Shown here: positions 53,001-64,000 of the stretch, one piece after another
Layout: every line of letters starts with the position of its first letter
Position numbering within the stretch: position 1 is the first letter of the stretch
Notes under the pieces: generated by a model
The model's database searches: none
What the model was told of the DNA's origin: nothing
Seen by the model: the letters and a program-made list of their open reading frames with translations, nothing else
Assembly: GCA_021613535.1 (NCBI GenBank)
Contig: CP075495.1
Coordinates: 14,012,001-14,076,000, forward strand
From: Adineta vaga
Taxonomy: Eukaryota > Animalia > Rotifera
Length of the DNA stretch: 64,000 nt
Direction: 5' to 3'
Translations under genes and position numbers: made by a program

Positions 53001-54804
53001 AAGTGAATAACCTTGCTAAAACAATATCAAATCAATTACTTTGTTTTCATTTCGACTAAATATATATATATATATATAAATAGATATTTTACTTCAACAT
53101 CAGCTCGTGAACCTAAACCAATTCGACAGCTCATTTCTCGTCGAAAATAATCCATACTTGTTTGCCATTCTCGTAAATCTTGACAGATACTTCCAAGTGA
53201 TGAATAAATCACTGCCATTTCTGTTTCATCAAGATTTAATTCTTGAGCATGTTTTAACTAAATACAATTCATTTCGTTTACATCGAATTGATACTCAAAT
53301 CTCTACGATTTTTACTTGTTTTAAATAATAATTTTTGCTCTTTTCATTACGTTTTAGATGAGAAAATGCATCAGCACATTTTTCAGCTAATTTCATCTTC
53401 TTTTGAAGATCTGTTTCTTGTTCATAACGATCTTGTAATCCCATTACAATTCTTTGTACTAAAAATTGGAATTTACCTTATGAACTACAAAATCAGATAA
53501 GAATTACCATCAATTAGATCTCGTCTAGCTTTTTCCTTGATAGGATCACTTTTTCGATATCGATAGATTTTTAAAAGATAACTTTTTGCACCTTGATAGT
53601 CATCGAACAGAAGAAGTGCCTAGACATATACACATATCAGATCATCTAAGAAGGTTCGTATTGATGAAGTTCATTACCTGGGCAATGTCATGTAAACATG
53701 AAAGATATTCCGTCGTATTTTTTGCTAATTGAGCATATCGAACAGCTTGTTCCATTGTTGTTATAATTTCTTTCTTATATTGTAAGAAATTCGGTACACT
53801 TAAATAGAATGTCGAGACGGACGAATGAAGACGAGCTAATTCTTCATGCAATTGATGTTTCCTAGAAGAAATCGAATCGAAAAAGATATTCTTTACTACA
53901 TTATTCATCTTTAATGAACTCGAGGTATGATCAGATTCACGAAAATTTCGACTTACTTAGCAAGTTCAATCGCATTTTTTATATATTGACTTAATGCTTT
54001 CAGACTTGCACCAGACTTATCACCGGTTGTATATTTTTCACTCATTGCATTCGCTGAAATATTTTCATCAATAGGAAATCAAATATCGAAGGTGTCTTTT
54101 TCTTACCAATATTAATATAAGCTCGTACACGTTTTAATGCTAAATCTTGTTGTCGTTTTTCTAAATCTTTTGTCTTGATATTCTGTTTCTTTTTCGTATC
54201 AATATTCAATTGATAATCCAATTTGTCAATCATTAATAAACTATTTTTTGCTGCATCTAAACTTTTCTTACAAATTTCACGTGGTAATTGATCACGTTCT
54301 GCATCATGTAAAACATCATCTTGTAAATAACTTAACCATACCCAATATGTATGTGTTAAACATGTATAAGCTTGTTCTGTTCGTTCATCATCAGCGAAAT
54401 CACGTGCTGATGAGAGAAAATTTAAATGATGTTTTTCACTTTTTTGAAATTCATTTTTAGCAAAATAACATTCACCAATAAATCGATGACAATAAAGAAT
54501 ATCTTCACGTAAATCAACTGATTTTGCTTCATGTAATTCTAGTGTAAAATATTTGATTGCTTCATCAAATTTTCCTAAAGAAAAAGAAAAGTTTGAATTC
54601 ATAAAAATGAAAATATTTACCAGCAGATCGACAAGCTTCAGCTGTTTCATTATAAATATCGATTTTTTCTCTCGGATTTCTTCCAGTAGCATGACGAATC
54701 CGTTCAGCTTCTTTTAAAAGTTCTAGAATGATTGAAATGAACTTTAGCTCAATATATAATTATTCTTTTGAATGAAATTTACTTTGAAGTCTTTTATCAT
54801 CCAT
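50096..54804 (-). CDS. TONSL: Tonsoku-like DNA repair protein (TPR - acidic - ankyrin - UBL-like - short LRR), multi-exon
   Basis: N-terminal TPRs (CHRFIGECY), acidic tract, ankyrins NCYGESRLH / DNHGWTPLHEAANHG / GITTLIDA, KLRIP, C-terminal LNLSQN / IDLTGN. Confidence 0.88.
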
Positions 54805-54897
54805 TAGGTTGTGTAGACATCTACAAAAATAAATAAAATTCTCTATTTCAATTTTGTTTCTAACAAAATTCTATTTTTTCTAAATAAATAATTTCTA

Positions 54898-55420
54898 TCA
54901 TAATTGAATCTGTTCTTTTAATTCATCGATAAGACTTTTATAATTCGATAATAAATGTAAGATATTTGATAATTTTTCCTGATTATCTTTTGTTATCATC
55001 GATGATGAATGATCAATAGTGATTTTATTCAATGTCGATTGATGGTCAATAATTTTCCTGGATTAGAAAGGAAAACAAAACTAAAGAAATGATATATAAC
55101 CTTGACAATCATCTCGATTACCATTGACAACCATCATAAACTTCACGTGTTAATCGTATGTCACCTTGTAATGGTTCATATTGCTTTTTTGTTTGTTGAA
55201 TTTGTTTTTTGTTCGATTCATTAGTTAAATAATTATCAACATTAACGTCATCATTATCATTCATTGGAAGATCAATTAAAAAAAAATGTCGTTCACATAG
55301 ACCATTTGTATACATCGTTGGATGATTCAATGGTAATGAACGGTGACATTTTACCTTGCAGCAATGATGAAGTTTGCTTCCTAAAGGTAATGAATGTTTC
55401 TTTCGACATGATTGTGTCAT
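54898..55420 (-). CDS. Small uncharacterised Cys/His protein; 2 exons
   Basis: 100-aa ORF splices (intron ~55058-55121) into an open exon ending TGA at 54898; C-x3-C...GLCERH and GDIR...YDGCQWK weakly resemble a Capicua-L-type zinc module. Confidence 0.5.
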
Positions 55421-55919
55421 TTTTCAATATTTTAGAAATCAATATGAACGTAGTCGAATCGTTCTACTAAACAAAAGAATTTGTCATTTGTTCGTTCGCT
55501 AAATTTCAATTGGTTCAAGAAATAAACGAACAAAAGTTATGTAGAATGTAGAGGGTGTAGAAATGATAAAACTTAGTTAGATCGAAGAAAATTTTCTGTT
55601 TTGTTTTCTTAGATAAATAAATAAATGAATTAATATATGTAACTCATATATATATATATATATTTATATATTTATATTTGCGAGATTTTGTATTGTTTTT
55701 GGTTATGTGAATTAAAATGAATAAATTGTTAAAGTATTCATTTGTTAAATTATAATGAAGAGATTCAGATTGTTATGAAAATTAAAAAAATGAAACAATA
55801 AAATTGATAGTTGCATTGAAAAAAACAGCAAAGAACGTGCATAACAATTTCTTTTGTATTTTTCTGTGATATTAATGGTTTTATTTATTCTAAAAGAAAA
55901 GTGAGCAAAAAAATGCGCT

Positions 55920-57761
55920 CTATTGAGTAAATGTTTGTTGGGAGGAATAGGATTCGTAGCTACTGCTACCACCACCAACAGCACCATTGCTTGATTCAAC
56001 AAGACCAAGATTACCAAATTGAGCATCAAGACCTCCGGTATATCCGTTAGCACCAGCACCACCAGCATTTGCACTATAAGTGGAAGAGGATTCGTAGCTG
56101 CTTGATGCAAAACCACCACCAACACCACCGTCGCCGCCACTAACATTACCATTGACGACATCGAAACCAGCACCTCCTTGAACGGATGAAAACCCATTGA
56201 GTGAAGATGAACCAAGATCAAAACCACTAGCACTACCACTTGATTGAAAACTTTCAAAATTCGAAGATTCAAATGATGAAGTTGAATTGGCAGGAGGCGA
56301 CTACCAATGACGAAAACAAACATAAGATTATAAAAAAAACTGAATGTTCGAGACTTACGATATCTTCTACAACACCAGCTTGTCGAGCGTGTGAAATAAG
56401 AGTTTGAGCATCTTCTAATTGAGCACCGTAACGTGCAACATAGTCAGCAGGATTAGCACGTTGTATACCCAAGTTTTGAAAACGACGAACAACTTGAGCC
56501 TTGGGTGCTTCATAACTATATAAAGATAGTAATTAGTACATGTGTCAGTCAATTAATCAAGGTTTTATTTATACTAAATAATAATGTTACGCGGTTTTTG
56601 TAGGACTGGAGGCGGGGCACGTTGAACAATAACTTGACGTTTTTGTGTCAATCGATATGGTAACCAACGTTCAACGATAACATCACGTGGTCTAGGTGGG
56701 ACAGGAGGAAGACGTTCAATGATGACTGAACGAGGTGGGACAGGTAAAGCTGGAAGCATTTTTGTAATAACTATAAAAAAAGAAACAACGAGAAATATTA
56801 ATCTTTTTCATACACTACGCTCGTCATCAGTATGTCAATTGTTGTACCTTGAGTGCCAACTGCTGCTGGTAGTTTGGGTGGAGCTTCACGAATAACAAGA
56901 GGTGGCAATGTTGGAGGAGGAGGTGGGCGTTGACCTGTGTTACAAGATAAATTTGAAGATCTAGTTACAAGTAGATTTTTACATACGGATGTAAAGTGGA
57001 GGAGGTGGAGGTGGTTGAGGAGGACGAACTTCTTTGATAATAAGAGGCTAAAACATATAAGTTTTAGTTGTATTATCGATTTTCATTTCAGAGAGAGTCT
57101 TTCGTATACATACGCCTGGGGGAGCTATAGGTGGTGGTTGTAGAAATTTAACGATAACTCGTTGTGTATAGGTTTGTTGACCACCTGGAGCTGGTCGTCG
57201 AACAATTTCAGGATTAGGATCTTTAAAAAGACCTTGCGCATCTGTCGCATAAGTTGTTACTGCCGATGAACGTTGTTCGAAATTGCTTGAACCAAAAGCG
57301 GCTTCACTATTTGATGATGATCCTAGATGACCTTGTTGTGCGAAACCACTATCCAAACCATTGATACTCGAAGTACTACCAGCACCAATACCGCTAAAAC
57401 TTGAAGATGATGAAGAATAAAATCCATTATTAGCACCATTAGCAATGCCACTATTTAAAAGTGTTTCGCCAGCGTCAGCTCCGTAACCTGTTGAAGATGA
57501 TGACTGATAACTTGAATAACTTTCTTGTGCTCCACCAACATTAGGAGCAATAGCAAAGTCGTCTGACAAAAAAAGAATAAAATAAAAAGTCAGAAAAATA
57601 TTTACACATGATGACTAGACAATCACACCTAGATTTCTTTCTATAAATCTTTTTACAATAAACTTCGCTAGAAATAATATTTAAATGAACTTACTTCCAT
57701 TCAATACATTACCACCAGAGCTACTCTGATAGAAGGATGATGCTGATTCTTCAAAAGACAT
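55920..57761 (-). CDS. Gly/Ser-rich protein with Pro-rich core, multi-exon
   Basis: MSFEESASSFYQ start; core KFLQPPP..PGPLIIKEVRPPQPPPPPPL...VIIERLPPVPPRPRDVIVERWLPY...YVARYGAQL; G/S-rich flanks; GT-AG introns. Confidence 0.75.
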
Positions 57762-60700
57762 TTTTCAATTGAATAGTACGGCTCTCAAACAATAATAATC
57801 TAAAGATAATAAATAGATAAAAATAGGATAGATCGAAGGATATGATTTCTACACGTCACCTTGTTGATTGTTTTCTAAAAGCCTCTCTATGTATCTATTG
57901 AAAAAAAAACTGTACAATATAGATAATGCAAATCACTTTATATGTAATGAGGGGAATGAGCTGTTACTGTCTCTGTTTTTTCATATATGGTGTTTAGTCG
58001 GGTGTGGAATTTTCTTTCTCCTCTTTTTTCTTCTTGTCGTCAATACTTTTCGTTGACATCGTCTTGTATCGATATGCACGGTTTTACGTTTGATACGCAA
58101 GTAAAGACAAAAATTACACACTCATACTACAACTGATTGTGATCGAAGGCCAAATGTTTTTATATACGACTGAGGTATATGCGCATCACTTGCATATTTA
58201 TTTATTCATTCACTCATTCATCTATTATTTCATTTGATCATCCATCATGTTTACGGGTGTGTAAGTCAAAGTCATCAAAGAACAGAAAAAATATTAACCT
58301 TGAAACTATGTTTATTTTCATTTCAACTCTTGAGTAAATCTTTCTAATAATGATTGAATCATATTCTATATATCAAACATTTACCCTCAAAGACTCATTG
58401 ATAATTGTTGATATAACTCATGATAGAATGTGAATGAAGGTGTTCTGCTATCAGTCATATAGATAGTGGCAATTTATCTTGTCATGGTCATATTGATATT
58501 ATACAGGGACAGTAGTTTTACAATCGAACGTAAAGAAAAAAACTTATCGATATGTAAACATAACTATTGTCTCTCATTGTTCTCCTATTGCTATTATAAT
58601 ATCGAACAAAGAAATTATGATCAAATGAAAAGTGAACGAAGACCTTCGTTTGGTAAAGTTGATTTATCAGCAATACAAGAAAAATGTTCATTTTATTTTT
58701 TTTTCTTCTCTTTCTCTATCATTTTACACGTTTACTGACATATTATAGTCAATGAGATATTTATTAAAGAAAAAGAAGAAAGAATGCTTTAGCTCTAATT
58801 ATACAGGTGTTCTTTTTACTTAATGTGGCATTTTTGATTATCAATTATATAGAGACAAGTAAACAGTCTTTGTCACAATATTCATAGACTCAATGAAAAA
58901 TCAATTTTGTTTTCTTTAAACAATGATTAAAATTCATTTTCGTTGACTTTCACACGAATTTTTCGATCATCGAAGATTGTTTACGCATAATTTTCAAAAA
59001 AATACATGAAGGTTGTAAGAAAAACCTCTTATCAATAACAAATAATGTCTCAACAAAGCGTAAAATCGTTGTCTAATGACTTGTAATATAAAAATATCAA
59101 AGTAAAAAATTGTTCCGACGGACAAATATTAATTTTTTTCTTGTACAAATTTATTATCAAAAACCTTCTCCTATCAACAAATATCCATATATATATATAT
59201 ATGTATAGAAATGTTCTGTGATGATGTTTTTCATTTTTCTAATTATATAACCAAGAAAATGCTCAAGTAATTAACAAAATTTTTGAAGGTTATCATTTCG
59301 AATAGTTTGTTCGATTTTTGTTTTTTTACAATCAAATTTAATTTTTCTCAACAACGAAGAACGATTATTAATGTTAGTAAAAGAGATAATCATCAATAAA
59401 GATGAGAGAAAGAAAGAATAAATGTATCGTTTGTATGTTGAATAATGATGGCTTGATGATTGGGTGAGTCGCGGGACATAGTCAAAAACAAAAAACATAA
59501 TAACAAAACACTTGTTTACATCGATTAAATAGAGCTTGATTTTTATTACCAATCATTATATCTTATATTAAATATTTAACTAAATCTATCGATTATAGAA
59601 GAAATGAAATACATGATTTATGTCTTTGAAAAGTAAAGAGTACAGTTATTGACATTATTTTCGAATTTGTTGAAAACCTTGATAGTTCGATAATAAATTA
59701 TTTACCTGATTACTACTTATGAATCTATCAGATAAATCTATTACTGTAGTTTTGACGTAGATTAATATCAATAGACATCATCACTAATTAATCAGCAATA
59801 CATGTGATAGTCAAAATGTGAAGTAATTAGCAATGCTGTTAGAAAAATGAGTTGCTTTTCTCGTACAAACAAATGTTGATTTTCTTATGTATACTTTATT
59901 TGAGAAGAGTATTTATGAATACTATAATAAGTACGATAATGTGTACCTTTATGTATATAGTTATAACTAAAATCTATAAATAACATCGGAAATGATTTAG
60001 TAAATAAAATGTAATATGACAGTTTGGAAAAGAAGAGAACATTTTATTCAAGGTAAATAACGATGATAGTAAAGTTAGAGCAACATGAACCAATATTACA
60101 TCATTTGCCTCTAGTAAACATACGGATAAAGCTGCTTTACAGTTAAAGTGGATCGTATATTAGAGTGTAGCATTCATTACGTTTTTTCTTCCGGAATAAT
60201 TAAGAAGATTTTATCTTTGATTTTTTTTTTGCACTTTTTGAGTACATAATTTGAAACATTTATTTCTTTTATTTCAAAATAAAGACAAGTGTTTTCTTTC
60301 TTCGTTCAGACATGATATCTTCGAAATCATTTCGTTATTCTTTTTGTACGAAAGAAAAAAGCCCCGACTGACTTATAGATAATGATTGAAGTTCAATTAA
60401 ACATAATCAGAATAATCGATATTGAATGATTTTTGATTATTATCATTTATACATCAATTATATGATATGAAATGATAAACAGATGTCAAGAATAAAACTG
60501 TATGTGTTTTTTCCTTGTTGATAGACGTAGGTCAATCATTACTCTTGGTTTTCTATATCTGTTTCTACTCAAATTTAAGATTATTACCCTACATGAAGAT
60601 CTAATCATTCATAAGTCAAATAACACTAAGAGATCAATATTTGTTGGAAATATAAGAATGAATTTATCGTGCTATTAGGAAAGTATAGTCTCTAATCTGT

Positions 60701-61065
60701 TTCATTTGAATTTTTTCATTTGTTGCAAGACTTATTTGTTGTACTTGACGAAATGAACTCATACCATCGGAACGATCTCAATTATTTTCAATATCACAAA
60801 AAGAGAAACTGATCTTTTTTTTTTATCTCAAACACATTGAAATCAATCGACCATATCGTTTATAAATATTCGTCTAATGTCAATCTCAAGAACAAATAAT
60901 CATTGATTGAGTCCAATAAGAACATCCAGTGATTCATTTCTTACACAACGAACATCAAGGAGATGAATCTTACCAATGACAAATCAATATGTACTATTAT
61001 CAATCAAATAGATTTTTATTTAACATGTCTAAGAAAATATTACAGACAAAAAAAAGAAGAGTTTT

Positions 61066-62971
61066 CTATTCAATCGATTGTTTCTGCCAAAAATGATTCG
61101 TATAAACTTTTCTACAAAGATAAAACATAATTTTATTTGATAAATATACAATAAAAAGGAAACATACTTGTTTAACACCAACATTCATTTCAAGATGATG
61201 TTTAAATGCTGTAAACATCTTCTTTTCTCGAATATTAAGAACATCTTTTTGACGACTAAATAAATAAATACATAAATTCAAAGTTTCCTATTCAATAATG
61301 TATCGATTAATCAGAAAATATACCTTCGAATAAAATGTCCAAGAAAGAAAATGATTCCATTGATTAATAGAATGATTAGTAATAGAGAATAAGCTGGATA
61401 AAAAAGAAAATCATCGATTAAATTCTAAATAGAAAAGAATAAAGAAAGTTCTTTTCAAATAAGAAAAGTCTTATACTAATGTTGAATTGATTTGCCATGT
61501 TGTTGAAGATTCATCAAGAAATATAAATGGAATTTTTACATGAGATGTTTTTAAATAACGTCGAAAGATTAATATTGATGAAATTATCATAAGTATGAAA
61601 GAAATCAATTGCATTATCGATAATTTAATATTCCATGATCGATGTTTAATTTGAGTTTTCCTATTGATTAAAATTTAATCCTATTTTTTTTTCAAATACA
61701 TTCATCTCTTCTACTTACTCATGTAAAATCAATCGTTCATTAATACATTGTTCTAATCGTTTACAATCATTATGTAATGTATTTAGTGATTTCTGTACAC
61801 TACTAAATACAGCATGATCGATAGTTAAGCAAACTTCATGAATTTGATTTGTACAACGTGTTTCCTAGAAATTGATATTCTATAAATGAAAATATCTTCG
61901 ATTGAATAGAATGTATTACTTTAGCTAATTCAGGTAAATAAATAGTTGGCATGTCGAAATTGGTTTTAGAAATTTCAGGTTGGCGACAGAGATTTTGAAC
62001 AATTTGCATTAGAACACGATGTCGATCACGATCACTACCAGCTTCATCAGCTTTAGCTAAATAATAATGCATTTTTTCGGGATTTGATTTATTTAATTGT
62101 TCAACAAGTGTTAATGTTCGTTTGCATAAAGCTTGACCAATTGGATCGAATAAAACAAAAATTAAATCAGCATGATTACCTAAAGAGAAAGGTAAGACAA
62201 GGAAAAAAAATTTATTTGTGAACAAACCAAGCCAAAGAATTGCTTGTTCAACATCGAATGGATATGCCATAGCACCATCGACAAGTCCAGGTGTATCGAT
62301 AAAAGAAACAAGAGGAAATTTCTTTTGTTTCGAAGATGAAATTTCTGTTGTTATATAATTCATCAGACCTACGAAGAAGATTGTTATTTGAAGTAGAAAA
62401 GAATACAAACGAACCAGGAATGTTTCCTAATGGACGAAGATAAGGAAATAAATGCATTGTTGCAGGACCCTATAATGTAATTGATAGAGATTAAGTTTCG
62501 TTTTATATTTATGAATTTTGTTTACGATTACCATTAGTGATTCTCGTCGTTTACCACTTGTAATAATGGAAACTCCTATAGATATCGATAAAGAAAAACT
62601 ATTATACGTATGATTTCATTTACCTTGAGTTTCGATTGCTACTCCAGTTCGTTGAACATTATCTTCAATATACCAGTTGACAAGAGATGATTTACCTATT
62701 GATTTCAAAAGTTAAGAAACTTCTCTTCGTTTCCAAAGATAAAATTCAATTTTACCAGCGCTATGATTGCCAATAAGTAATATACTTATCTTCTTATTTG
62801 GAGCTATGATAGATAGACCAAGCCATTGTGCGATTGTGACAAGTCCTACAAGATTTTGAAGATGAAAATATCCGTGAGAAAATACTCAAAGAAACCTGTA
62901 TCAGGATGATGATAAATATGTTCAATTTCATTGACAATTTGTTCGTATTGAGGTGTAATCATACGTTGCAT
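61066..62971 (-). CDS. EHD/sarcalumenin-related dynamin-superfamily P-loop NTPase with C-terminal hydrophobic segments, multi-exon
   Basis: GNHSAGKSS (G1), ETQG (G2), DTPG (G3), AKAD (G4); two hydrophobic helices near the C-terminus; no EH domain. Confidence 0.8.
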
Positions 62972-63729
62972 TGTACTGGCAAACTAGTGTTATTTTTACT
63001 ACAATTCAGCAATGTCGAAGTCATAAGAAAAATGTGAATGTTGATATAATGTAATCTATCTACCAAGGAAAATGTACAATAGTTATTCTGATTATTCTAA
63101 CGATATATAAACAAAGTCAATGAATCATTTTTTTTTATATTCGAGCCATTGTTTGAAATAATTTCATCGTAGATCTAGTGATAGATGTCGGTCTTCAACA
63201 ATCATTATGAATCCTCGATCAAGTTAATTTTGACATAAACTTTTGATTGAGAACAATTCAAGTGAAATGAGTGAATCTTCTTTGATTGTCTACTTTTGGA
63301 ATTAATATGGATGAGATTGATGAATTGACTGTCTGACAAAAGTTTATAGCTATCAAAAATCATAAGGATCTTTGAAATAGTTACAGTCTTTTTTATTGTT
63401 GCCAGACACACACGCACGCACACATTTACACTTATAGAAAAGAAAAATACAAGTTAACCACATAGAATGTTTTTTAGTTAGTTAGTTTGCTTGTTTGTTT
63501 GTTTGCTATATTTTTTTAAAGAGAAAGAGAAAGACGCACGTTTACACAAAGAACAGCAAAAAGAGACAAAAAAAACCATCATCCTCAGCAAGAAACAGCT
63601 CAGAGTAGTAGTGGTAGAAAAAGAAAAACGACAACAACAGCAAAAAGTAAGTACACTGTGCATTATTGTGGTTAATGTTGTCGTTGTTGCTGGAACAATC
63701 AGCTTCATATATCAAAATGTTTATTTCTT

Positions 63730-64000
63730 TTAATACGGATTAGAACGATTGTCTCTACTAGAACCATGACTGGCACCACGACCACCACCACGATATTCAC
63801 CACCGCCACCACCACCACCACCACGATAGTCACCTCCTCGATCTCCACCTAATGAGAGAAAAATACATTAAAGAAAATAAATCAAAGATATTTACCTCTG
63901 CCGCGATAGCCTCCAAAATCGCCGCCGCCACCACCACCACCTCCTCCTCCTACAATGATAATAAATGAAATATATTAATAATGGGACATAAGAGATCGTT
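63730..64000 (-). CDS. 3' end of RGG-rich RNA-binding protein (FET/FUS/cabeza-like)
   Basis: GGDRGGDYRGGG...RGGGRG...RDNRSNPY-stop: RGG repeats plus terminal PY-NLS. Confidence 0.6.

Noticed and set aside
55745-56323. 192-aa hydrophobic ORF
   Set aside because: Alternate frame of the Gly/Ser-rich last exon plus 3' UTR
57800-61000. Hidden ncRNA, tRNA or SL RNA gene in the long intergenic region
   Set aside because: No cloverleaf, A/B boxes, strong hairpin or SL-like sequence seen by eye; an Infernal/tRNAscan run would be needed to exclude one

Overview
This is AT-rich eukaryotic genomic DNA with densely packed genes and very short (about 40-70 nt) GT-AG introns. Gene content and style point to a bdelloid rotifer (inference). 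About 26 protein-coding loci are visible. Recognisable genes: a TIR-domain gene (3' end), SEC16, SPATA6-like, PP2A catalytic subunit, a CABIT-domain gene, BAHCC1/TNRC18-like, a Ly6/three-finger protein, a very divergent Tom40-like barrel, a Tctex-1-domain gene, DUSP11, EIF2B4, cyclophilin B, PPP2R3C, TONSL, an EHD-related GTPase and the 3' end of a FET/FUS-like RGG protein. The first main highlight is a cluster of three secreted EGF-array genes sharing head and tail modules. One has 26 EGFs in a single exon, 20 of them in a Tyr-rich 129-bp higher-order repeat, and the other two share a ~745-bp near-identical tract that includes introns. The second is a run of five co-oriented genes (45087-55420) separated by only 42-194 bp, each downstream ATG preceded by an apparently orphan splice acceptor, i.e. 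a candidate SL-trans-spliced operon. That run includes an intronless, twice-frameshifted SDR. Also notable are an intronless CSab-defensin-like peptide and two exon-shuffled secreted proteins sharing an N-terminal module. No tRNA, rRNA, CRISPR or intact transposon was recognised. Gene models were spliced by eye, so boundaries may be off by a few bases.
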